Virus record (IMG/VR): IMGVR_UViG_2778261035_000005
Length of the DNA stretch: 64,000 bases
Source of the DNA: a virus
Taxonomy: Duplodnaviria > Heunggongvirae > Uroviricota > Caudoviricetes
Strand: one strand, 5' to 3'
Shown here: piece after piece, positions 36,301-45,609 of the stretch
How positions within the stretch are numbered: position 1 is the first letter of the stretch
How the letters are laid out: each line of letters begins with the position of its first letter
The notes under the pieces: generated by a model
Seen by the model: the letters and a program-made list of their open reading frames with translations, nothing else
What the model was told of the DNA's origin: nothing
Databases searched by the model: none
Program-made: the position numbers and the translations under genes

Positions 36301-38049
36301 GCTGCAAACGCTAAACAATTGGAAGTGTTGCAGTCAACGGTAGAGGAAAGCTCCGCTGCCGTTGAAGAAATGAAAAAGACGGTTGCAGAGGTCGATCGTG
36401 CAAGTGCAGAACTGACTACGAACATTGAGGCTTTGGCCAAAACAAATATTGACCTGGCTCTTCGTCAAGATGAAGACCAGCACAAGCAGATGGTCAATAA
36501 CGCGAAGATCGCAACAACACAGAAAACCTTTGCTGATGATATGTCTGCAATGGCCACGAAGGTTGAGGAAATTCGCGTAGAAATTGGCGAAGACATTAAG
36601 GCCAGTATTCTGGAAGAGTCCACCGCTCGTGCCGATGGCGATGAAGCGTTGGCAAAGCGTGTCACTCAGCTGCAATCTAAGTTTGAAGGAGATATCAGCG
36701 CGGCGATTAGTACAGAGCAGGAGGCTCGTACATCTGCCGATGAAGCTCTGACGACACAGATCACTCAGCTTGAGTCGAAAGTAAGCAACGATATCGTCGC
36801 AGCTATTAAGGAAGAGCAAGAAGCCCGAGCAACGGAAGATTCGGCTCTGGCAAGCCAGATCACCCAACTTCAGGCAAAGGTTGATGATGATATTTCTGCT
36901 GCAATACGTAGTGAGCAGGAGGCCCGAGCAAGCGGGGACTCTGCGTTAGCCAAACAAATAAACCAGCTTCAGTCAAAGGTTGACGGTGATATATCCGCGG
37001 CCATCACTCAGGAGCAGGAGGCCAGAGCAAGTGCTGACCAGGCGCTCTCACGAGAAATTAACAGCCTGCGAGCACAAACCGGAACTGATATTGCCGCAGC
37101 GGTTGCTGTAGAGACAAAAGCAAGGACTGATGCCGATAGTGCATTGTCTACCCAGATTACGTCTCTTACAGCAAAAGCTAATGATCTCGAGGCGTCTCTT
37201 GCCAGAGAAACAACGGCTCGTGCAGATGGTGATACCGCTTTAACAAAAGAGGTTTCAAGTTTAAAAGCACAGACAGCGAAAGATATTAGTGCGGCCGTTG
37301 CAGTTGAAACGCAGGCTCGAACTGATGCTGACTCGGCGTTGTCGTCTCAGATCACCAAGCTGACCTCTCAATACAAAGAGGATATTAAAGCGGCTGTAGC
37401 AACCGAAACGAAAACGCGTACAGAGCAAGATGCTGCATTGGCGACTCAAATCACAAACTTAGAGTCTCAAACAGCAGCCAACATTTCTGCGGCGGTCACA
37501 ACTGAAACGACAGCGAGAACGCAGGCAGATAATGCTCTAAGTGGGCGAATCGATACTCTGAAAGCAGAGGTGGATGGAAATACCGCGACAATTCAACAGC
37601 AGGCAACAGCCATTGCTGATACCAACAAAAAAGTCTCAACCGCGTGGACGTTGAAAATGGAGACTTCAACGAGCGGAGGGCAGAAGTATGTTGCCGGTAT
37701 TGCGCTTGGTATCGACACCACCGGTCTTTCTCAGTTTTTGGTGCAGGCGGACAGATTTGGTTTGGTCAACTCTGTTAACGGGAAGATCACCACGCCATTT
37801 GTTATCGAAAACAGTATCGCCTATATGAATGGTGCGTATATCAAGGATGGCACAATCACCAATGCAAAAGTAGGCGATCTGCAATCTACCAATTTTGTTA
37901 GCGGTAGATCTGGATGGCGGTTCGGCAAAAATGGAACGCTTGAGATTAACGGTAATAGCGGCGGCAATGGGCGATTGGTCATAAATGGTCAGCGGATTGA
38001 CGTTTATGACGATAACAACGTCCTCCGAGTGAGAATTGGCCTTCTGTGA
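33316..38049 (+). CDS. host specificity / central tail fibre protein (lambda J-like) with inserted tandem coiled-coil repeats
   Basis: 1577 aa; J-like N-terminal two-thirds; ~36.25-37.6 kb holds ~14 repeats of EQEARxxADxALxxQITxLxSKVxxDIxAAI. Confidence 0.8.
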   Translation: MNMEQFKKKKLPLFIAGAGGKKSSKSSSRTPVEADDTVNSRAMAAILDLLGEGVIGGLVNGARSIFIDDLPIVNEDGSSNFSGITWDFRDGSQDQTPMSGFDFVETPKSVNIQLKKTHYVTVSIDNDEADRVRVIMKFPSLRSIDKKTGDTNGTTVEYKFQIANGDSTFVDVVAEGEKSVGIKLTAKKTSVYYRSYELKLPKPGRAYKVRVVRITDDNSSQYLYNDTWVDSIGEIVDTPMNYPNSVLVGLKVNSEQFGSTMPSRSYLVRGLKIRVPSNYNESSNTYAGVWDGTFKLLSSSNPAWILFDLLTNARYGLGQYVSESMIDLGQLYQIGRYCDEEVDDGFGGKEKRFAINTQITSRQDAYRLIQDIAGAFRGMVFWAGGMVNIMQDSPSDPVMMFTNSNVKDGLFTYKGSARKDRPSVALVTYNNKEDGYKQNIEYVEDQDAMRRYGERKTEVVAFGCTSRGQAHRVGLWLLYTARMESDVITFTAGLDASFLMPGETVLIQNKYRAGKRNSGRIVAFTKNSVTLDAPVSLAKGGCFIRILNQEGKIVERDVLETGENITKVTFSKSLSSAETPVLNGVWTITEPDLEPMRVRIVNIAQGETPGSFDITAVENNPSKYEAIDNGATLIPQNTTVLDPTYSKPSNLQITEGTYLSSPGNLSVKLTATWEGKSPEYWISWRRSDENNVSNWQSARVTEEQYEIVNVAENGRYDFQLYAVSFNGKKTEIISTVYQVLGTMTPPDAPTSLTVVGDYRNVILNWVNPDSVDLDHINVYASQTNNLDTAKLIAESASTTFTHAGLGDSETWYYWVRASNKRGMLSPPNSNLGTEATTRDVLSFLTGKITSSELGQALLEDINSKVSQEAVDELNEHINQSVESLEGSVNDVKEDIAELDKQFSDNLADFEIKFNERSDALENAQTELKGEVSATIDKVNEAFEKIDATDAAIVEIENTVSEHDKALANTVEAIKAARDEAAALIAKESEARVEGDAANAKQLEVLQSTVEESSAAVEEMKKTVAEVDRASAELTTNIEALAKTNIDLALRQDEDQHKQMVNNAKIATTQKTFADDMSAMATKVEEIRVEIGEDIKASILEESTARADGDEALAKRVTQLQSKFEGDISAAISTEQEARTSADEALTTQITQLESKVSNDIVAAIKEEQEARATEDSALASQITQLQAKVDDDISAAIRSEQEARASGDSALAKQINQLQSKVDGDISAAITQEQEARASADQALSREINSLRAQTGTDIAAAVAVETKARTDADSALSTQITSLTAKANDLEASLARETTARADGDTALTKEVSSLKAQTAKDISAAVAVETQARTDADSALSSQITKLTSQYKEDIKAAVATETKTRTEQDAALATQITNLESQTAANISAAVTTETTARTQADNALSGRIDTLKAEVDGNTATIQQQATAIADTNKKVSTAWTLKMETSTSGGQKYVAGIALGIDTTGLSQFLVQADRFGLVNSVNGKITTPFVIENSIAYMNGAYIKDGTITNAKVGDLQSTNFVSGRSGWRFGKNGTLEINGNSGGNGRLVINGQRIDVYDDNNVLRVRIGLL

Positions 38050-38142
38050 TAGTAGAAAAAAATATTTACATCGGTAAAAATAAGTAGGTACTTACTTTAT
38101 GGTGGGCAAGGATAGCCCACCAAATCAAGGAGCATATTCAAC

Positions 38143-41100
38143 ATGTGGTACAGGGAAGGTACTATCACATTTACACAGGGTAGCAATACCCTCGTTGGTG
38201 TTGGAACAGCCTGGAACGTAACAGCTAATGGTGTGTTGCCGGGCATGATCGTCATTGGCCCCGACAATAAGCTGTATGAGATCAAGCGCGTAACCAGTGA
38301 TACAAACATTGTTCTCTCAGAACCTTATACCGGCGAAACTCAGTCTGAAGTTCCGTGCCGAATCATTACGACCTATGAAGGTGACTTAACGCAGTTTAGC
38401 GCGCGCTTTACTGCACTAATGTCGCGTATGTCGGCTGATTCCAAGTCTATGCGCAGTTGGTTGACTGCTCTTGATGAGGTGACAATCGAGCGTGAAGACG
38501 GTACAGAAGTGACCGTTAAGCCGCTAATGCAGATCGTCAACGAGCACAACGAAAACGTTGAGTGGTATAAAAATAACACTGACGCGATTGATGCTGCTGG
38601 CGACAAAGCTCGTGAGGCGGCGGCCAGTGCTGCCGCAGCGGCAGAAAGCGCCAATACCGCTGGAGAAAAAGCATCTCAAGCGTCTCAAAGTGCATCCGCT
38701 GCGGCATCCTCACAAAGTGCTGCAAGTGCGAGTGCAACTGCTGCGAAAAGATCTGAAACGAACGCAGAGGCCGCCAAAGAAGCGGCAGCAGAATCAGCGT
38801 CTGTAGCATCGACCAAAGCATCGGAGGCTGCAATATCTGCGTCCAGTGCCTCTGCATCTAAGGATGCAGCCAAAGCATCAGAGACTAACGCTTCATCGAG
38901 TGCAAACGCGGCTGCATCATCGGCAACAGAAGCTGCAAATTCCTCTAAGGCAGCAAAAACGTCAGAGGCAAACGCAAAAGCATCTGAAACGGCAGCCGAA
39001 CAGAGTGCATCGTCTGCAAACAGTTCGAAATCTGCGGCAGAAGCGTCAGCAAGTGCAGCCTCAGCAAGTGCGGATAGTGCTTCATCAAGTGCAACAGCGG
39101 CAGGAAAATCTGCGGATAGCGCATTGTCATCCGCGACAACAGCTACCACAAAAGCGACAGAGGCGACGAGTCAGGCTACAGCTGCTAAAAATTCAGCATC
39201 GGCAGCAAAAACCTCTGAAACAAATGCAAAGACCTCAGAAGACAATGCTGCTTCCTCTAAGGCGGCAGCTGCTGAATCTGCAAGTTCTGCGTCTGCATCA
39301 GCCACCTCAGCATCCGCTTCAAAAGATGAGGCGACCAAGCAGGCATCAGCAGCGAAGAGCAGTGCTTCAACGGCATCCACGAAGGCAACAGAGGCGGCAG
39401 GCAGTGCGACAGCTGCATCTCAGAGCAAAACTGCTGCTGAATCCGCTGCGACCCGTGCGGAAGCTGCCGCTGATCGTGCTGAAGAGATTGCCGGTGCAGT
39501 TGCGATGGAAGACGCAAGCCTTACCACCAAAGGTGTTGTGAAACTTAGCAGTGCTGTCGACAGCACCAGTGAATCGCTGGCCGCAACGCCAAAAGCAGTT
39601 AAAGCAGCCAATGACAATGCGAATAGCAGGGTGCCATCTAACCGAAAAGTTAACGGTAAAGCACTGACTGCGGATATCACATTAACGCCGAAAGATATTG
39701 GTACTTTAAATTCAGTAACGATGTCTTTCTCTGGCGGGGCTGGGTGGTTCAAACTGGCTACGGTTACCATGCCACAAGCGAGTTCCATCGTTTACATCGC
39801 ATTGATTGGTGGCGCTGGTTACAACGTCGGCTCCCCACATCAGGCAGGCATTTCAGAACTGGTTCTACGAGCAGGCAATGGAAACCCCAAAGGGATTACA
39901 GGTGCTTTGTGGAAGCGTACAGCTGTCGGATTAACGAATTTCGCCTGGATCAACACATCCGGCGATACATATGATATTTACGTTGAGATTGGCAATTATG
40001 CGACGAGTGTAAATATCCATTGGGATTGTACTGCAAATGCGACAGTTTCTATTTATACATCGCCAACATATTCAGCGAGTAAGCCTTCCAGCGTTACCGA
40101 TGGTGTTGTTTATACGATGTATAGCACACATCAGAAACCGACGCCGTTAGATATTGGTGCACTGCCAACAACCGGAGGAACAGTTTCAGGTCCGTTGTCT
40201 GTTACTGGTGGGATCACCGGAACATTAAATGGTAATGCAAGTACAGCAACGAAATTACAGACGGCAAGATCTATCGGTGGAGTTGGTTTCGACGGTTCTG
40301 CCAATATTAATCTTCCAGGTGTAAACACTACGGGTAATCAGAACACCACTGGTAATGCCGCAACTGCTACAAAACTACAGACGGCAAGAACTATCGGCGG
40401 CGTGAGCTTTGATGGTACTGCAAATATTAATTTGCCAGGTGTTAATACGACTGGTAATCAGAATACAACAGGTAATGCGGCTACTGCTACGAAGTTGCAG
40501 ACTGCGCGTACTATTAATGGGGTGTCGTTTGACGGTTCGGCAAATATTTCCTTGTCACCAGCAAATATAGGTTGCCCAGCATCTCCTACTGGTTGGTTAA
40601 CTACAGGAAGTAATGGCGGAGCAATAACAACAGCCCAGTTAGTGACGTTATTGCAAAATAATGGAGCCTTTAACACAAAGTCATGGATTGCTCGATGTGC
40701 GTGGGCCTATGCCAATAGTGCAACCATACCAAATAGTGAAACTGGTTGTGGCGTTATTCCATTGGCAGGAGCTGTTATAGAGGTATTTAATAACGGTAGT
40801 AGCTCAAACAATTATACGATCCGTATAACAACGGCCACAACGACGAGTGTCTCTGGTGCTCTCACTAATGCGGAGTTTATCTATGTATTTAATGGCACAG
40901 ATTATTCTCCAGGATGGCGAAGAGTATATAACACGAAAAACAAACCAACAGCCTCTGATGTCGGTGCATTACCTCTTACCGGTGGTACATTATCTGGAGG
41001 TTTGACATCTTCTGGCGAGATCATTTCAAAATATGCAAATGGTTTCCGCATTGCTTACGGTAGCTTTGGGTTCTTTATCCGTAATGATGGGTCGAACACA

Positions 41101-42171
41101 TATTTCATGCTAACAGCATCAGGAGACACATTAGGTTCATGGAACGGTTTGCGACCGATTACAATTAACAATACCAGCGGTGCTGTATCAATTGGTAATG
41201 GACTAAATGTGACTGGTGGCGTAAATGGTAGTTTGAACGGTAATGCTTCAACAGCTACGAAGTTGCAAACAGCGAGAAACATCAATGGTGTTAAGTTTGA
41301 TGGCTCAGGCGATATCAACATTAATACATTGGTATCTCGTGGCCGAGTTACGGCGTTAAGCGGTTCTGCTCAAGGTACTGCTGGCATTCAAATGTACGAG
41401 GCGTACAGCAATAGCTACCCGACCACGTATGGCAACGTATTGCACATGAAAGGTGCGAGTGCTGCTGGTGAGGGCGAGTTGCTTATTGGCTGGAGTGGTA
41501 CGAGCGGTGCACATGCGCCGGTTTTCATTCGCTCCCGAAGAGATACCACTGATGCGGCATGGTCAGCGTGGGCGCAGGTATATACCGCTAAGGATTCAAT
41601 ACCTGGTGTGAATACAACCGGTAATCAGAACACTACTGGTAATGCTGCCACCGCCACAAAATTGCAGACAGCAAGGAAAATTGCTGGTGTGGCGTTTGAT
41701 GGCTCTGCCGATATTACTTTGACTGCGGCTAACCTTAATGCCTATACGAAAACAGAGGTAACAAACCTTCTAAGTTCCTATGTGAAGAGCAGTGCTCTTC
41801 CAAGTATGACTGTGCGAACTTCCTCTGTTTCAGGTGGGGATATGGGCATGAGTTTGTCCACATTCATTAGCCACCTAAAATCAAATGGGGCGTTTAGCAA
41901 AAGTTATTGGATTGGCTTTGGCGATGCTATGGGATTCAATGCTGGCAGTATCAACAATATAACGGGATTTGGTGCTGTAGAATTAGCAGAATCTATAATC
42001 GAAGTTTTTAATCTACCTAACGGTGATTATACAATTCGTTTAACAACGTCACATAAAGCTGACTACGGTGGAGTTACAAACGCAATCCTCGTTTATCACT
42101 ACCGTAGTAATAGAAGTCCGTCAGGTCAATGGCTGAAATTTGCAGGTACTGTTGGGGCAACAAGTAACTGA
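38143..42171 (+). CDS. side tail fibre (lambda Stf-like)
   Basis: Ala/Ser-rich KTSETNAK-type repeats and repeated GNQNTTGNAATATKLQTAR...FDGSANINLPGVNTT motifs typical of Stf/long tail fibres. Confidence 0.8.
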   Translation: MWYREGTITFTQGSNTLVGVGTAWNVTANGVLPGMIVIGPDNKLYEIKRVTSDTNIVLSEPYTGETQSEVPCRIITTYEGDLTQFSARFTALMSRMSADSKSMRSWLTALDEVTIEREDGTEVTVKPLMQIVNEHNENVEWYKNNTDAIDAAGDKAREAAASAAAAAESANTAGEKASQASQSASAAASSQSAASASATAAKRSETNAEAAKEAAAESASVASTKASEAAISASSASASKDAAKASETNASSSANAAASSATEAANSSKAAKTSEANAKASETAAEQSASSANSSKSAAEASASAASASADSASSSATAAGKSADSALSSATTATTKATEATSQATAAKNSASAAKTSETNAKTSEDNAASSKAAAAESASSASASATSASASKDEATKQASAAKSSASTASTKATEAAGSATAASQSKTAAESAATRAEAAADRAEEIAGAVAMEDASLTTKGVVKLSSAVDSTSESLAATPKAVKAANDNANSRVPSNRKVNGKALTADITLTPKDIGTLNSVTMSFSGGAGWFKLATVTMPQASSIVYIALIGGAGYNVGSPHQAGISELVLRAGNGNPKGITGALWKRTAVGLTNFAWINTSGDTYDIYVEIGNYATSVNIHWDCTANATVSIYTSPTYSASKPSSVTDGVVYTMYSTHQKPTPLDIGALPTTGGTVSGPLSVTGGITGTLNGNASTATKLQTARSIGGVGFDGSANINLPGVNTTGNQNTTGNAATATKLQTARTIGGVSFDGTANINLPGVNTTGNQNTTGNAATATKLQTARTINGVSFDGSANISLSPANIGCPASPTGWLTTGSNGGAITTAQLVTLLQNNGAFNTKSWIARCAWAYANSATIPNSETGCGVIPLAGAVIEVFNNGSSSNNYTIRITTATTTSVSGALTNAEFIYVFNGTDYSPGWRRVYNTKNKPTASDVGALPLTGGTLSGGLTSSGEIISKYANGFRIAYGSFGFFIRNDGSNTYFMLTASGDTLGSWNGLRPITINNTSGAVSIGNGLNVTGGVNGSLNGNASTATKLQTARNINGVKFDGSGDININTLVSRGRVTALSGSAQGTAGIQMYEAYSNSYPTTYGNVLHMKGASAAGEGELLIGWSGTSGAHAPVFIRSRRDTTDAAWSAWAQVYTAKDSIPGVNTTGNQNTTGNAATATKLQTARKIAGVAFDGSADITLTAANLNAYTKTEVTNLLSSYVKSSALPSMTVRTSSVSGGDMGMSLSTFISHLKSNGAFSKSYWIGFGDAMGFNAGSINNITGFGAVELAESIIEVFNLPNGDYTIRLTTSHKADYGGVTNAILVYHYRSNRSPSGQWLKFAGTVGATSN

Positions 42172-42189
42172 TTTAGACATTATTTATAT

Positions 42190-42221
42190 GGCTGTGAGGT
42201 TTAAAATGCGATCTCACAGCC
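42190..42221 (+). terminator. terminator after tail fibre gene
   Basis: ggctgtgag...ctcacagcc hairpin. Confidence 0.55.
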
Positions 42222-42290
42222 GCAATCATAGGGATATATTAGTGAGTTACTAGATACGAATTTGAACAGCCGTTAAACGGTATATACATA

Positions 42291-42310
42291 GATAGGTAAG
42301 TATATACCTA
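42291..42310. promoter_or_regulatory. palindrome ATAGGTAAGTATATACCTAT
   Basis: TAAGTA-family motif upstream of lysis cassette. Confidence 0.45.
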
Positions 42311-42373
42311 TAATTGAAAGGAGAAGTGTGATATAAATCCGCCATCCCGATTTGACTTTTCATGGAGGAAAAC

Positions 42374-42697
42374 ATGTCGAACGAGATGGCGGGCGTTACA
42401 ACAGAGCAAGTTGAGCGTATAGCCGCGATCGTTGCTCGGGAGGTTGTTGGCAAATTAGGTAAAGAGCTACGTGAAGAAATTGGCCAGGAGGTCAATGATC
42501 AGCTGAAAACCTACTTTGGTGATATGACCCCGGCGCAACATAGTATTCAACACTCCAATCTGGACAAACTCCTTAACCGGTTAGATTCCATCTCAAGTGG
42601 GTTCTTTGGCGGCATTGTTTCTAAAATAACGTCGTTCATTATTACCGCACTGCTTTTGGGGTTAGCCGCGTATGGCGTAAAAAGTGGACTGCAATAA
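42374..42697 (+). CDS. holin candidate (small protein with C-terminal TM helix)
   Basis: ggagg RBS before ATG 42374; hydrophobic ITSFIITALLLGLAAYGV; first gene of lysis cassette. Confidence 0.4.
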   Translation: MSNEMAGVTTEQVERIAAIVAREVVGKLGKELREEIGQEVNDQLKTYFGDMTPAQHSIQHSNLDKLLNRLDSISSGFFGGIVSKITSFIITALLLGLAAYGVKSGLQ

Positions 42698-42710
42698 CAG
42701 GAGATCAAGG

Positions 42711-43403
42711 ATGAAGACTCCGAGAGGCATTCGTAATAATAACCCCGGTAATCTTGATAAAGGATCACCGTGGCAAGGTCTGGTTGCGAATCCAGACGAA
42801 CCGCGCTTTTGCACGTTTAAAGACCCTGTTTGGGGGATTCGTGCGCTGGCGGTGACTCTAATTACCTACCACGATAAACGTCGCGCAAAAGACGGCACAA
42901 GTATCGATACCATTCGTGAAGTTATTGAACGCTGGGCACCGCCGAATGAAAACAATACTGACGCCTACATTAATGAGGTTTCTAAAGCCGTTGGTGTAAC
43001 CGCAGACATGATCATCGATCTGCATGATTACGACATCCTTCGACCTTTGGTTGAGGCAATCATTCGCCACGAGAATGGCCGAGGCCCGCTAAAAACGCTG
43101 AACACCTGGTATGCGGCAGAAGTTATTGAGGAAGGTCTGCGTCGAGCTGGCGTTGTTAAGCCGGTGAAAACCGTGAAGGCTGTTCCTGTAACTAAAGAAA
43201 CCGCAGGCGCAACTGTTACAGCAGGTATTGGTCTGGCGCAGCTGGCCGATGTTATGCCGCAGGTTTCCGCTGCTATGGATAAAGCACAAGGTCATATCTC
43301 TAGCGGGGATACAGTACGCATCATCTTCGGTATTGCCACTATTGTTGTGGCAGGATTCATTGCCTGGTCGCAGGTAAGAAAACATCAGAAAGGGATGGTC
43401 TAA
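42711..43403 (+). CDS. endolysin candidate with C-terminal membrane anchor (family not recognised)
   Basis: Position holin-X-Rz-Rz1; caggag RBS before ATG 42711; C-terminal hydrophobic helix. Confidence 0.35.
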   Translation: MKTPRGIRNNNPGNLDKGSPWQGLVANPDEPRFCTFKDPVWGIRALAVTLITYHDKRRAKDGTSIDTIREVIERWAPPNENNTDAYINEVSKAVGVTADMIIDLHDYDILRPLVEAIIRHENGRGPLKTLNTWYAAEVIEEGLRRAGVVKPVKTVKAVPVTKETAGATVTAGIGLAQLADVMPQVSAAMDKAQGHISSGDTVRIIFGIATIVVAGFIAWSQVRKHQKGMV

Positions 43404-43404
43404 T

Positions 43405-43656
43405 ATGCTAGGCAGCCTGATGACAAAGCTAAAAGTTGCTTTGATTACGCTGGCTGCCGTTCTTTTCGTTCTTGTCGGCGCTTACACGATGGGCGGGAAT
43501 GCGGCGCGACGAGCAATGGAAGAGAAGGCAAAACAGGAAGACAGAAAACGACTTCAAAGCACAGTGGAAGTGGTGAATGAGACGAGCAATAAAATACGTC
43601 AGAAAGATGCTTCTGCCGTTCATCGTGAGTTGTATGATAAGTGGGTGCGTCATTAA
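43405..43656 (+). CDS. i-spanin (Rz-like)
   Basis: N-terminal TM helix then charged coiled-coil-like segment; 83 aa. Confidence 0.6.
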   Translation: MLGSLMTKLKVALITLAAVLFVLVGAYTMGGNAARRAMEEKAKQEDRKRLQSTVEVVNETSNKIRQKDASAVHRELYDKWVRH

Positions 43657-43792
43657 ACCACAAACCGCCAGCGTATTGTTCTGCGATGGAGCTGGGCCTA
43701 TCTATATCAGCAATAATGATGTGATGACCGAAGAAACCGAACGCCAAATCCTTTTTCACAATACGATGGGAGAGAGAGTTTGCGGTTGGTGA
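43607..43792 (+). CDS. o-spanin (Rz1-like lipoprotein), overlapping Rz out of frame
   Basis: Lipobox MISGC; starts inside Rz in another frame and extends beyond it. Confidence 0.55.
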   Translation: MLLPFIVSCMISGCVIKPQTASVLFCDGAGPIYISNNDVMTEETERQILFHNTMGERVCGW

Positions 43793-43799
43793 TGCGAAG

Positions 43800-43817
43800 T
43801 TCCCCTCACTTGAGGGG
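43800..43817. terminator. bidirectional terminator between lysis genes and toxin gene
   Basis: cccctcacttgagggg hairpin. Confidence 0.55.
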
Positions 43818-43823
43818 AGTACA

Positions 43824-44345
43824 TTATTCTTCGAACAATTTTTCGATAGATTTTGTAGGATAGAACAAAGAACGCTCGTTGTTACCAACCAGCTGGATAA
43901 AGCCTAAACTTTTATAAAACGCCTTGGCTTTGTCATTTAACGCCTCAACGAAAAGTCCATGAATGCCTACAGCAAGAGATGCATTGTACACAACGCGCAT
44001 TGCATGTGTTACAAGCATTGAGCCAAATCCTTGACCTTGAAGGGACTTGTCCAAAGCCAGCCTACCCAAAGTAACACTTGGAACATTCCGATAAGGTACC
44101 TTCTTTTGCTGGCTTCTTGAAGGTAAGGACTCCTTTTCAAAGCAGCTACCTGACAAAGTGTAATACCCTAACACTTTTGGTCTGCCTTCTTTCGTGCAAA
44201 GCACATAAGCGCGAAGAATTTTTCCCTCATGCTGCCTTTTTAAGTGGTTGGTTAAAAAGGCATTTAGTGATTCTTCACCGCAATCAAAACCATTCAAATC
44301 ATAATCTTTCTCTCCAGAGAAAATTTCTATCTTTATATTATCCAC
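43824..44345 (-). CDS. GNAT-family acetyltransferase toxin (TacT/AtaT-like)
   Basis: GNAT motif GRLALDKSLQGQGFGSMLV; immediately downstream of DUF1778-type antitoxin. Confidence 0.75.
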   Translation of the reverse strand: MDNIKIEIFSGEKDYDLNGFDCGEESLNAFLTNHLKRQHEGKILRAYVLCTKEGRPKVLGYYTLSGSCFEKESLPSRSQQKKVPYRNVPSVTLGRLALDKSLQGQGFGSMLVTHAMRVVYNASLAVGIHGLFVEALNDKAKAFYKSLGFIQLVGNNERSLFYPTKSIEKLFEE

Positions 44346-44352
44346 GAGTAAA

Positions 44353-44622
44353 CTACTCCATGCTTTTCAGACGATCAGCAGCTCGTTTCAGCTTGTCGTT
44401 CGGTGCCGGAGGATTGCTTATAGCGTCCATAACCAGATTCCAGGATTCTTCATTCAGAACTAGTCTACGGTGTTGCTCTATAACTTTCACGGCACGTTCA
44501 GATGCACTGCTAACCATAAACTGAGTAATGCTCTGGTTAGACATTGCGGCAGCTTCCTCGATGATGCTTTTATCGTCATCGGTTAATCTCAAATCGATGC
44601 GCTGCTTTTTTAGTGCTGACAT
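44353..44622 (-). CDS. DUF1778/RHH antitoxin (TacA/AtaR-like)
   Basis: MSALKKQRIDLRLTDDDKSIIEEAA... characteristic N-terminus; antitoxin-first order. Confidence 0.75.
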   Translation of the reverse strand: MSALKKQRIDLRLTDDDKSIIEEAAAMSNQSITQFMVSSASERAVKVIEQHRRLVLNEESWNLVMDAISNPPAPNDKLKRAADRLKSME

Positions 44623-44890
44623 GTATTCCTCCTGATGGCCGTGATGTAGGAAGGCCATCAATCTCCTCTGTTCAAACTGAGTTTTCGACTCAAAAATTAC
44701 TTTAAAAGGCTATAGCCCATTACGTGTGCATTATCAAATTGTGTACGGCATATCACCGTACTTGTAATATAGAGGTCATTGTTACTTTTTTCAACAGACA
44801 AATACAAGCTATGATTGCCAATTGTTAATCACAACCTACCATTTAACCTTTACACCGCAGCCGTAGGCATTTAGGCTATATCACATATAA

Positions 44891-44906
44891 GAAAACAAGT
44901 TGTTTC
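44891..44906 (+). promoter_or_regulatory. operator palindrome GAAAACAAGTTGTTTC upstream of parA
   Basis: Same palindrome family as left arm. Confidence 0.5.
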
Positions 44907-44940
44907 AGACAATAATAATAGACGCAAAGGGAACTCTCCA

Positions 44941-45609
44941 ATGACCAAGATCTTTGTGGTTGGCGGCACAAAGGGCGGGCCTGGCAAATCCACCGTTGCC
45001 CAGCAAATTGCCGTTTGCCTGAAAGTCAAAAAGAAGAAGAAGGTTTATATCACTGATATAGATATTCAGCGCACGACAACAAGCTGGTGTGAAGACCGTC
45101 GACAGAACGAAGACCTTGAGCTGATTCCTTTTGCATACGTTCAGGATGACATCATTAAGCACCTAAAATCGCTTCAGGGTAGAGCTGAGTTTGTAGTGGT
45201 AGATGCTGGTGGCTTTGACTCCGAAATTCAGCGACAAGCGATGCTGATGGCCGACGTTATCATTATCCCGCTTCGTCCTAAGCGTCGTGATTTGAAATCT
45301 CTGCGTGACATCGATCCTATTATCGACAATGTTCGTAATGTAAACGATAAAGTGAAGGTCCGCGCGGTCATGAACCAGTGCCCGGCTTTGCCATCACAAG
45401 TGTCTCGCATTCTGGCGGCTAAAGAGATTGTCGAGACGTTTGGCATCGAGTCTGCGCCAGTCAATCTATATAACCGCAACGTCTACGATGATGCGGAAGA
45501 GTCTGGTCGTTCTATCTTTGAAATGACCGGTAGCGAGCGCGACAAAAAGGCGGAAGCCGAGTTTGAAGAATTTGTAGATTATCTGTTGAGTCTGGAGGAA
45601 GAAGAATAA
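44941..45609 (+). CDS. parA: ParA-family partition ATPase
   Basis: Deviant Walker A GGTKGGPGKST; 222 aa. Confidence 0.85.
   Translation: MTKIFVVGGTKGGPGKSTVAQQIAVCLKVKKKKKVYITDIDIQRTTTSWCEDRRQNEDLELIPFAYVQDDIIKHLKSLQGRAEFVVVDAGGFDSEIQRQAMLMADVIIIPLRPKRRDLKSLRDIDPIIDNVRNVNDKVKVRAVMNQCPALPSQVSRILAAKEIVETFGIESAPVNLYNRNVYDDAEESGRSIFEMTGSERDKKAEAEFEEFVDYLLSLEEEE

Noticed and set aside
38373-39788. Large antisense and alternative-frame ORFs inside the tail fibre gene (e.g. 38685-39149 -, 38846-39541 +)
   Set aside because: They arise from the Ala/Ser-rich GCN-repeat region, which stays open in several frames; the + frame 38143-42171 is the only one with coherent fibre motifs.
38600-41700. Tandem repeats in the tail fibre as a possible novel repeat element
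   Set aside because: The Ala/Ser-rich KTSETNAK-like repeats and GNQNTTGNAATATKLQTAR motifs are the known hallmark of lambda Stf-type and T-even-type long tail fibres, so they are expected.
43824-44345. GNAT gene as an antibiotic (aminoglycoside) acetyltransferase
   Set aside because: Tight pairing with a DUF1778 RHH antitoxin immediately upstream fits a toxin-antitoxin module better than a resistance gene.
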